64,000 nt of DNA from the human T2T-CHM13v2.0 reference genome, Homo sapiens: NCBI RefSeq assembly GCF_009914755.1, contig NC_060927.1. The stretch is one strand, 5' to 3'. The notes beneath the pieces were generated by a model. That model was given only the letters and a program-made list of their open reading frames with translations, did not search any database and had not been told where the DNA came from. Every line of letters starts with the position of its first letter. Within the stretch, counting starts at the first letter, position 1. This document shows positions 52,727 to 64,000 of this stretch, piece by piece. The position numbers and the translations under genes were made by a program.

Positions 52727-55700
52727 ACCCCATTAGTTGCATCAGAAACAATGAGGAATAAGCACCCTTTCAGGTTTTTTTTTTCTTAAAAAAAAAAAAA
52801 AAAAGCAATACAACATTCAATGAAAGATTTGGAAGGATTTTGCTACAGCCGAAACTGCTCCCAGTAGCACTCCTCCCTTTCTCTGTCCTATATTTTACTG
52901 TTTCTCTTGAGAGAAATCATGACATCCCATTTCTGGTTCATATGGTTTAGGAAAAAAATGAAAGCATATTGTCAGTCATATAATTGATATACAGTGCTTC
53001 TTGACATGCCTATTTTTAATTAAAACACATTTTAATTAAAAAAAGAGAGCAGTTTTAAGAAGAGAAGCTTTCTGCCAGATGGTGATTCCTAATTTACCTC
53101 AAATGTGTTGGGAGCCGCATGATTCATTTTGGATTAGCCTGACTTAGTGCATCGTAGAGAATAATAATTTTGTTATGAAAAATAATCACCCACAGCACCC
53201 CCTTTGGGTGAGGGAAATACGTGTGTGTGGGTGTGGTCAGTGGCATTTGTGGGTGTGTCTTACAGATATTCACCTGGGAATTCTAATGGCATAAACAAGA
53301 CTTTTTTGTAAAACGTTAATGTGTGCACTCTCAAAAAGGAAATAGACTAGTGTTTCCTCATTAATAAATAAAATCTGGGGGATATCAGTTTCAGGTTTGC
53401 AAATGCAAGATGACATTTGAGTGCCAGGTGTCAGGGCCAAGAAATACTGCCAGACAAGGATCCACTCATAGTGGCAGTCATGACTTCCAATGAATCCGAG
53501 TGGAGGAATTACACTGTGCCTCCCTTATTTTTTTCCGCAGCTTCACATCTCACTGGCTTCATGACCAGACCTGAATTTCTCACCAACTCTGTCCTCCACA
53601 AATATATATGCTTCATATGTTCCACATCTATAGACGATAGTACGTGCACATTGTACCATACCATAGTACTGTAGGAAGTACACCAGTACATATGGTTCTA
53701 CATTTATGACCACAGTAGGAGAAAACAAGGTGCACCAAAGGGTAGCAGTTGTTCAGAAGACTTTCTCCTTGTTCAGCAGAGTGAAACTGACACTGAAGTA
53801 TTCCAGATCATAATCTCAGCATGTATTTAAACCCAACCTTAATTATCGAAGTCTTACATTTCAGAGAAAAAAACAAACTAGTATTCCGTGGATGTGTGAC
53901 TTGGGTGAACTACTTAACCTCTGTGAGTTAATTTGTCCAATTGTGGAAAGAAACGATAATACCTGTCTACCACACTAGTTGTAAGGAATGAGTGGAATAA
54001 GGGCTACGAAAATATTTTGTAATGGTCAGAATGTGAAATACTTTATTAATAGTGACTTCAGAAACTTTTTTTTAGTTCTACTGGATTTGAACATTCTATG
54101 GTCTGAATAAAAGATAGTGGCATTGATGTCTTAAAATATCTCTTCTGAAACTCAGGAGAAATGAGGCAAAAGAGAAAATACTCCAGGTTTTTTGGACCTC
54201 TAATGAGCCAACGTAATTATTTTTAACCAAGCTTTGGGGTCTATAATTTTTAATCATTCACAAGAAGCTCACAATTTCCTTTTTTTGTCCAGATTCAATT
54301 CCTGAGTTATGACTGGTGTTAAAATAGCCCTACAAAGGAGAGAAGGCATTGTCAAGAACAATCATGCCTTTCAAAAAAAGATGTCATTTTATTCACAATC
54401 CTGGTATGAAATATATCCCAATTTGAAAAGAGGAAATTATTCAATGGATTCAGTGAGAAGATTGTGCTTTATGGTGTCTTTTAAGAATATTTCACTGTTT
54501 AAACACTGAGTTTCTGACCACAAGTTTAAGAAATGACAGGCTCAGCATACAGTATTCATTTTTAGAAGTTTTTGTAATGTAGTGAAATGAAATTGATTTG
54601 ACAAGTTGTAAAAACTTAACAAATTTTAGACTCAATGTTCTTTAATAATAATAAAAACTTTAATCCTCTTGTAACTCAAACTTATTGGTGACAGACACCT
54701 TGTATTTTTCATTCAGTATTGAATGTAGCAAAGATACCACATACCTGCCATCAGAGAATTTATCAATGATGGAAATTAGGGTGAGGAAGTGTAGTAAGAA
54801 AGTTAAGTATCTTTAGAAGTCAGATATTTGATAGATGTCATATAAATTTTGAGGTTAGTTAATGTTAATCTTACCAAACGCAGTTTTACTTCTAAATATT
54901 AAACCATATTTACACAAAGAGTATAAAGACATGGCTCATTACTTTACCAAAATGCAGTTGATATGACATGGCTGTAATTTATCTATCTAACTCGTACTTT
55001 TTATATTAGTTTACTTTGCATTGGCATGATTTCTAAACTGTTTAGATCTTTTAAATTTGCATTTCAAAGTAGCTATAAAATATGTATTCCATTGCAAAAC
55101 ATTAGCATAAAGTGATTCGATATTATATATTCCGTCAGAAATGCCAGGAAGAATTCCACAACCATTGCATTTCCATCTGGCAGCATCTTCCTACACTGAA
55201 TATTTGCATAAATATTTCAGCAATAAAGTAAAATTATGAAACATAAACTCTTTAGGTTATTTTCCAAATTGATAACCTCTTCAAAATTTAATAAGCAAAG
55301 GAGCTATGCAATTGCAAGGAAATTACTATAGTGCTTTCCACCTATTTTGAACTGTCCTGGGGAAATAGTTCTTTCTTTTCTTCAATACATATTTTACTCA
55401 TATCTTACTATTTCTGTCCATAAGGAATGAGTATTCAGTGGTTGAAAAAATGAATTTCTACTCAACATAGGTATGAATGTTTAAGTAGTCTGGCTGAGTT
55501 TTCCAGAACATTATTCATCTTGAATGAAAGAGCTATGTGCTGAGTTAATGACAGGTGACTGTCATAGAATTGGGATATTATAGAGCAAGAATCTTCTATT
55601 TTATTTAAATGAATGCCATCTTTTTTAGTGCAAAGATAACATTCATCCTCAGAGCTACAATTTTCAAGATTGGTGATGATTGGTATGCTAACCAAATTTC

Positions 55701-57123
55701 CAGAAGCTCATTGATTTTTTTACCAGTGATATGAGACAGCACCTTTATTTTCACCCATGTCGTGCAAGCGATGTTCATAGTTTCACATGTATGTGAGGAT
55801 AGATACTAGAGAGGTACTTTATATGCTACTTTATTTAATAAGCTAACTCTTTATACATTAAAAAGTATCTTAGAGTTCCACAGTGGAGTTAGAACAGGAT
55901 TTGAATTTGGCTCTGCCTCTTATTAATTCTGTGTGCAATTTTCTTAAAACCTTTTTAATCCATTTACACATCTTAGAAGAGTGGTAGCAATGATGCCAAT
56001 CATTATTCTCTGAATTCAGGGAGAAAATGTATGTCAAAAACTCACCCCACTGCCTAACATGGGTAAAGGTTCAGAAAATATAAGGTGTCCCTACTACAAT
56101 CTGTTCTTATTTTTATTATCATTGTGGTTACTAATCTGCCCAAACTTTACTAAATAGCTTCTATCAAATACAGTTCTTATGTGTGACATGATAGAGAAAG
56201 TGACAACCTGGAAGTCAGAGCACCTGGATGGTATCTCGGTTCATCACCTCTAGGGTCTTCGGGTCGGGGTTTGCATCTCTGAACCTCATGTTCCTTATGT
56301 TTAAATAGAAGATGAAGCTTAAAGATGATAGTCAAAATTCCTTCCAGTTTGAACTTTCTAGAAAATGAATCCTTCCATAGCTAAACAGTGGTGTTGGAAG
56401 CTTAAACTTTTAAGCTCTATCAAAACATTTTAGCCACCTTACCTCTTCAACTCTGTGAGGTGGGTCAGTATTTGGTGAGCACTTGTTCTATATCTGTCAT
56501 TGTGTAAATAATTCTATAAAATAGTGCTTAGCTCTCAAGGTGTAAGGAGGTTTTCAGATTGCTGAAAATCCACAGGAATGCTGGGTACATTTCATGGTGG
56601 CTCAATAGCTGATATTTATTAAGCACTCTGTGCTTAGCTCCTGCATTTTTTACACATATTATTGTATTTAATATCATCTGATTTTAGTTTCACAATAACT
56701 CTGCAGTTAGAAAACTGAAACTCAGAGAAACAAGAAAGTGGGAAAGTTGAGGTTAAAAACCCGGCTCCTTTTGACCTCAAAGCCCACATTCATTCCATCA
56801 CTGTACAATATCTCATATGGCATAGGCTTAATTCTTGGTTATTTAAATGAATTTTTGAACATTTTGGTGAAAATTTTTATGCAAAAAATAAGAGATTGTA
56901 TAGTAAAAAAGGGTTTGTGTTGTAAATATGCTAAAATTTGAAATCGAGGCTATTAAACTTGACAGGCTGAAAATCACCAGAAAATATTTCAATTTTTTTC
57001 CTCTGTTTTAATTAGAGATGATGATGATAAAATAGGAATTGGAGTAAACTGGTCTTTTCCTTTCAATGAACTTGATATTTTTAATATTTATTTTTGAAAA
57101 GGGATGGTAAGACTACCTGATGC

Positions 57124-57372
57124 TTTTTTAAAATAAATTTTATTGTGTATATTTAAGGTATACAAAATGATGCTATAAGATACAAATATATAGCAAAATG
57201 GTTATTATAGAGGAACAAATTAAGGTATCCATCATCTCACATAGTTACTCATTTTTTCCCCTGGTGGCAAGAGCAGCAATAATCTACCCATTTAGCAAAA
57301 TCCTGAATACAATGCACTATTATTAACTATAGCCCTCATGTAGTACATTGCATCTTTTGACTTATTCATCCT
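57124..57372 (-). mobile_element. L1MA-type 3' end
   Basis: TTTTATTGTGTATATTTAAGGTATACA..CATCATCTCACATAGTTAC..TATTAACTATAG..GACTTATTCATCCT. Confidence 0.85.
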
Positions 57373-57744
57373 GATGATTTTAAGCTGGAATCTGTTGGGA
57401 AAAAATTGATGAATACTTCTAAGATTTTTTCATTTAAAAAAAACCAAAATCTGTAAACTGTGCTACTCTCAATAGAGATTAAGAGGAATTACCTAATATA
57501 AATATATAAAAATTTAAAAAATATATCTGCACAGTATTTTGAAATTCATTCTCTGGGTAAGAAAAGCATCATGTCAGCTCTTTAGAGACCCAAGATTCTC
57601 AGACAACCAATGGAGGAACTAATGTATGAATTTTTGCCTTGAACAGTTCCTGATACCTTCATGCTCTTACAGTTCTGTAGAGCTGAGGATATACAAATTT
57701 GTGATGATTATGCTTTCAATTTGCCTGTGGTTTCCCAGGCAATA

Positions 57745-57900
57745 TTGCAGTGTCCCAGTATATCAGCTGTGCAGGTATGAATATGCCTGTTTTGCAGATG
57801 AGGAAGTCGGTGTTCAGAGAGGTGAAGTGACTTACTCAAATTCTTGGGGGTGGAATCAGACTCAGATCTCTCAAAGTCAACTCCAGTCATTTTCCAATAC
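57745..57900 (-). mobile_element. MIR SINE
   Basis: TTTTGCAGATGAGGAAGTCGGTGTTCAGAGAGGTGAAGTGACTT. Confidence 0.7.
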
Positions 57901-58869
57901 CTCCCACTTATTCTTGCAATAATCCAACACATAATTACTTATGTTTCTGTGTTTTCAATGAGTTAGGGGAAAATGGTCAACATTGTGTGTCCTTAATAGC
58001 ACAGTTACCACATAGTAACTGCAGGACTTTTTAGTGCTACCAGTCTTTTTATTTTAATATTTCTATTTAAAATTTTTATCTTATTTTAAAATTTTTATTT
58101 TAGTGCTGCTTCTGTAGGAATCAATGCATTCCATGGCATACATTAGTAAGTACAAGATCAAATTGCAAGATAAGTTCTTGCATCGATTGTGTTTTAATAT
58201 TTCTCATTGGGTTAGTCCTAGTTTATGGTACAGTGAGTGCACAGCAAGACGGGTAGATAAATCATAGACCATAGGAGCTGAAGGAACCTTAGTTTGTCAA
58301 ACCTCTTGCTATAACAAAGTAGGAAACTGAGACCTCAGATATGAAGGGAGAGGTGACAGGTCACACAGCTTGTCTAGGGCAGAGTAAGGCAAGAACTCAT
58401 TCATTATCCCTACCAATGTGGAAAATGCAGATCACCACCAGTATATTGGGCAATTTGAGGTGCTACTGAGATGATAATTTTTTTAATGTACTGGTATATT
58501 TATGCATTTTTAAAATTCTTACTGTAGAAAAACACATGGAAGAATAAAAGGTGTTTTTTTGTAGTTGGCCAAACCCTGCTTCATCTGGGTTTCGGCAGCC
58601 CCGCTGCTTATGGGGTCATTATGGGACCTTGTGCTTCAGCACTGGGGCGTGGAGCTGTAGCAGGCATCACGATGATCACACCTCTAATATGTTTTGGGGC
58701 ATACCCAGGAGTCCCAGGTTCTTACAGCTCATTATCTGCTCTATTTCCCATCATGCTCATAGGTTTCATTCAGCTCCTTAAATATACCAAGTGTTCTCTT
58801 GCCCCAGGCCCTCTGCATATGCGATTTTCACTGCCTGTAATCCTCTTACGTAGGTAGGTTCTTCTCTTC

Positions 58870-59255
58870 TTTTAACTTCTTATTTTGACATAATTGTAGA
58901 TTCACATGCAGCTGTAATAAATAAGTGATAGAGAAATCTTGCGTATCCGTTACCTAATTTCCTTCAATGGTAACATCTTGCATAACTATATCACAAAATC
59001 AAACCAGGAAACTGACAGCAGTATAATCCAGCAACTTTAATCGGATTTCACCAATTTTCCAAACTCTGTGTGTGTGTGCGTGATGGAATTTTATTATGTA
59101 GACTTGTGTAAGCACCACAATAAAGAAAGATACAGAACCATTCCATCACAAGGCTCTCTCATGCTACTCTTTGTAGTTATAGTCACATCTCCCCTTTTCT
59201 CCCTCCCAAAAACCTGGAACCACAAATGATTTTCCTATTGCTATAATTTTGTTAG
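58870..59255 (-). mobile_element. Old L1M 3' fragment
   Basis: ATAATTGTAGATTCACATGCAG..CAATGGTAACATCTTGCATAACTATA..GATACAGAACCATTCCATCAC. Confidence 0.75.
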
Positions 59256-59679
59256 GAGATGAATATTTTAATAGCTTTTTTTTTTTTTACTTTAACATGT
59301 ATTGGGAAAAATTAGCCCTCTAAAACCATGATTTCAGAGACATTGCTTGGGATCAAAATAACTTGGATATTTAAGTTTTTAAAAAGTAGTCAATTTAAAG
59401 AAACATGGTGAGTAAACAATAATTCAGGTGGTACACAGCTTTGATGAAAATTGTGAAGGTGGTAGATGATGCGTTTGGGGGACAGCAAATTTGAACAGGA
59501 TAGAATAAACGGTTAAGGGGAGGAAGACCACCTGTTCAACCCTTTTTCATGCTAAGAGTAACTTTTAAATGTGGCTAGGCATTCCAAGCCAATACTTCCA
59601 GTCCAGTTGTTAGGGCTTAGTTATAAAACCAGCTAGTTGCCCCTGTACATTTGAGCAAGCATGGTGGATCAAGCACAAA

Positions 59680-59839
59680 GGAGGGGAGGGATAGCATTAG
59701 GAGATATACCTAATGCTAAATGATGAGTTAATGGGTGCAGCACACCAACATGGCACATGTATACATATGTAACAAACCTGCACGTTGTGCACATGTACCC
59801 TAAAACTTAAAGTATAATAATAATAAAATTAAAAAAAAA
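59680..59839 (+). mobile_element. Short L1PA (L1PA4/5-like) 3' end, truncated within the G-rich tract
   Basis: GGAGGGGAGGGATAGCATTAGGAGATATACCTAATGCTAAATGATGAG..CCCTAAAACTTAAAGTATAATAATAATAAAA; no clear TSD. Confidence 0.93.
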
Positions 59840-62459
59840 GAGTTTACAAACACCCTGGCTGACTCTCTAGTACAATAGAAAATTACCAGGTGACAGGCAG
59901 AGTCTAAACCCTGAAAGTTTTCATTGAAAAAGTTTTGGTTTTCTACTTGTACTTAGTTCTTACTGAATCAAGGAGAGAAATGAGGTAGAATTAGAATAAC
60001 TGAGAGATTTTAAGTTATACCACAAGGCATGAAAAAAACAACCTGCTCGTTCTTGAGGAATCTGTTCAAGTCTACAAAACTTACTTGTCTGTCGTATACA
60101 AAAGTAAATAAATAAATAAAAATCGGGGCTAAAAATACATGACTCTTTAGGTCTAATATATTGTTTGTTTCATTCGTCCTGTGTGATACTAAAGAAAATA
60201 CAATTTTTAAAAAGAGCTTAAGTACAGGTATTTGAAAATTTACTTTGCCAAGGTAGCCCTTGTAGTAGTAATAAGAATAAATTTTTCAACCAAGATGTAT
60301 TTATTAATATTTATCTTCTATCTGGTAAACTAGAATGGAAAATCCAAAGTTTTGGTCCAGTTGAAATGCAACATCAGTTCCATTAAACGCCGCCTTCTAT
60401 CCTATTGTAAACAAATTAGGATTCAATAATTCTTTGTTAGCTACTTCATTTATTTAATTTAGGATAAATTTTACTAGTTTAACAGTGAATTCAAAGTTAC
60501 AAATTGTTTCATTTCCTAGTGAAGTGCAAATTGCATTTCATGAAAACGAACTGTTACCACTAGAGTTATTTTAAATTTTTGTTTTCATTTCCCATGAAGT
60601 TCTAAACAATAACAACAAAATTGAATGAAAAATTGTTACTCACTGACTTATAAGACTAAAAACAAATCTGTTATTTCAGCTAGATTCACTCCATAATTTC
60701 ACTACATTCTAAGAAATAAATTTAGTCAGCTTTTACTGAAAATGCACAATGGAAATGGCTTGTGCTAGACTTAGTGTAATCTTCTAATTCTGGCTCTTAA
60801 TATAAAAGAACAATTTTGTGTTTGAGAATCTTACTGCATCTTAATTAGACACATCATGATACTATATATCTAGAAGCTATATCTGTAATATTTATCACTG
60901 CATTAATTCATAGGAATTTCCCCCTGAATATTATAAAGAGAGGCAGTACATATTCTTTTAGAAAAATGTGTCTGAAGTTTCTCAATGGTTATTTTGGGAA
61001 AGAAGAAAGCTTCATTTCATGCTCTAAATTTTATAAACTGGATTTCTATAACATTCTTCTTATTGGAATTTTGAAGAATGTAGAGTGATTATTCTCCTGA
61101 GGAAAGAGTATGGGTGAAAATGGCTGGATGGAGATTTAAAATTACATCGAAGAAGGACTGATGATGCCTGAGTAACTCTTATTTCCAAATCTGACTGGCA
61201 GGAAAAGGAGAGAAACTACACTAAGAGAACTAGGAGGGTTAGCATTTTTTTAAACTTTATGCATGGTAAGTACAATAGCTACTTATAAGAAAGAAACATA
61301 GCATTTGTTTCACATCGAGGACTAGATCTGTGTTAGATAGAAAAAGGCAAATAACACTGTATTTTGATTCTTCATGGCAGTATTAAAAGAAAAGAACCGC
61401 AGAAAGCAATGATTATTTTGGAAAGATTTCTTGCCTTTTCCAACCTGTTAAGATGCTAAATGTACACATATTGACAAGTCTGAATCCATTGCCTCCCATA
61501 GATATTCTAAACTTTTGGCTGTATTTATTGATGAAGCATTTTCCAGGGCAGCTAGAAGGTTTGCCACTGCTGTACTCAGCTTATAGGTAAAGAGAGACTT
61601 TGAGTCACATCAACAGCCCTCTGGAGTTGTCATACCTTGCAGACATTACAACAATTCAGGCTGGATAGGACAGCTAGATGCTTTTTTACATACACAGGCA
61701 CACATGCACACACACATACAAACCTCCCTCCCCCTACACCACCAAATATACCAAAAAAGAGTTTAAAGAAATGAGCAAAACTTCCAAAATGATAAAAGGG
61801 ACCTAACAATGTACTCCCTGAAAGTCTGTCAGAGGGCAGAAACCAATGACACTCATCCCAATGCAGCATCTCTCTTGCATTGAACCCCCCAACGCTGTTA
61901 CTGTGTCAGAGCAAAAACAAGGAAATTACTAGATCAAAACAGCCAGGGATGAGGACATTTATCTAAATATTTGGTGCACAAGGTGACATCATATAAGATC
62001 AGATAGCTATGTACTCAGAAATCTGAAAATTGACTTCCTCAGATGCATGAAATAGAAACTTGATAAGCATCTATTGTGGTTCTGGTACTATGTATTTATC
62101 CTGGATTCAAAATTATATTCAATTTCTTGGAGAAAGAGTTTCTTCCCTTAATAATATTGATTCCTCCTGGCCCCTCCTCTCTTTACCCCTTCACCCCACC
62201 CCATCAAAACCCCCTCCCTGTGGTTACCAAGTCTCTGCCATTTTCTATGTTACTATTTTGTTCCTGGCGAGGCTAAATTTGACCTGGACAATTTAAATTG
62301 AAATTTCCTTATGGGGTTATAAACTCTAGTGAGTTAGGATACTATTGTTTTTACTAAAGTCATTATAAAATCATTTTTTTCACTGCTTTATTTTAGAAAT
62401 TAGAAGTAGTTTAATTCAAAAATCTTTAATGAAGGCTGATTCTGTTCATAAGAAAAATT

Positions 62460-62730
62460 CTTTATAGCAGCATGATTTATAGTCATTTGGGTATATACCC
62501 AGTAATGGGATGGCTGGGTCAAATGGTATTTCTAGTTCTAGATCCCTGAGGTATCACCACACTGACTTCCACAATGGTTGAACTAGTTTACAGTCCCACC
62601 AATACCTAATGCTAGATGACGAGTTAGTGGGTGCAGTGCACCAGCATGGCACATGTATACATATGTAACTAACCTGCACAATGTGCACATGTACCCTAAA
62701 ACTTAAAGTATAATAAAAAAAAAAAGAAAA
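62460..62730 (+). mobile_element. Small L1PA2-like insertion with a 5' inversion (62460-62602 antisense ORF2 end; 62603-62730 sense 3'UTR and polyA)
   Basis: Minus-strand [15 protein letters not shown]; sense TACCTAATGCTAGATGACGAGTTAGTGGG (GAG variant); perfect TSD AAGAAAAATTCTT (62450-62462, 62731-62743). Confidence 0.96.
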
Positions 62731-64000
62731 AAGAAAAATTCTTCTTAGGGTTAAGTTGTTATCGTTCAATCCTATGCTACACCTTGAATATACTATTTTA
62801 GGCAAGGAAAATATCAAACATAGTCTAGTATAACATGTGCCCATTTTGGCCATGCCTATCTGTCTTCTTTCTGTAATGAGACCATATATTTCCTCAGAAT
62901 GATAGGTTGTGCTCGGGCTTTGATGGGGATTTTTGTTTTATTTTGGAGGATGGTAGTGTGTTATTTAGCAAGTCCCTATTTCTACCTCTTTAGTGAGGGT
63001 GGTAGACAGAGAAACCTGAAAAAACTTTGATTTTGTTGTTAGCGTCTAAATTACCCATTTTAGTATGGAAGAAAATAGTCATGAGAACATCCTGAGCTTA
63101 ACTACTCCTAATTAACTAATTAGACATTTCTGACAGTGGAATCAAATTTCTTGAACCATTAACAACTTTTAAAAATGTGTGCCAGGGTCTGAAAGAGTTA
63201 AGCATCCAAAGATGCCTAATTTACTCTCTTAGAGTAGTTTAGGCCCTGGGAGGTTTTTGACTCATTCTTGTTTTCACTTTCTGTCTGAAGGAGCAATTCA
63301 CATGGAGGCAGACAGATAGAACAGAGCTTTCATTATAGCAGAAACATGCACTGTGAGCCCCTTTTATGCCTTGCAGAGGCCATGCAAAAGAGAGAGCAGT
63401 CCTAAATTATACTTCTCACAATGCTTCCCAAAGAGAACATGGCAAATGAATTCAATTCTTTTAAACTAAATTGAATATCCAAAGGAAAATAAATCCGAAC
63501 AACCAACCTAGTTTTATGTGTTCCATTCCCATAATTTCACTACACTCCCATTACTTGAATTTGGTTAGATCAAATTTAAGATAAAACACCTTAACACAAA
63601 TTTGTAGAATGAGTTTTAAGAGAGAGAAAGTGACTTGTTTCAGCATGGAGAGATAGCTTTCCTGTAATTGAATATCACTTGTATTCATCATGTTTCGCTG
63701 TCTAGCAATGTGGGGTTTTTGTTTTTAAAATAAACCTAAGAGAATCTAAGTTCAGGAGAGAGACCCCACAGAATTTACTAGGATTTACATATATGCAAAT
63801 ATGGAGACACAGAAGAGACTAAGGAGAAAGTGCCCTTTTCTGATGTATTTCAAGATAATAATTGAAATTCTTTGGTGATATGTATCTTTCAAGTAATGAG
63901 CTTGGCACAAAATCAGCCTGGGTGCACACACACATGTACAAATGCACACAGACTGGAAAATCAGTGAAGACAGACTCAGGTAAGTTCTATCAATGAGAGG

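Overview
This is a 64-kb AT-rich, CpG-poor primate (probably human or great-ape) intronic or intergenic window. I can support no host protein-coding exon and no RNA gene. The recognisable ORFs come from transposable elements: Alu read-throughs, L1 ORF2 fragments, and a 5'-truncated HERV-L provirus (RNase H, integrase, dUTPase plus an MLT2A LTR). Repeats include nine Alus, six primate L1PA insertions (four with 5' inversions), old L1M/L2/MIR fragments, several solo LTRs and hAT fossils (MER63, MER81, MER94, MER3, Charlie). There is one strong CTCF motif in a small CpG-retaining patch at about 29.04 kb. The most unusual signal is a set of locally templated copy-paste scars. About 200 bp from 49.3-49.5 kb is copied, inverted, into an MLT1A LTR at 26.6 kb, and part of that new junction is copied again, with a fold-back hairpin, into the HERV-L at 25.6 kb. 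About 100 bp from 8.8 kb is copied into an old L1 at 10.7 kb, and fold-back or duplication scars lie at 12.6 kb and 46.5 kb. Two tiny inverted L1s break at the same point in the loop of the L1 3'UTR hairpin, and one carries 14 nt resembling L1 ORF1. Subfamily names come from my recollection of consensus sequences, not from a search, and boundaries of old repeats are approximate.
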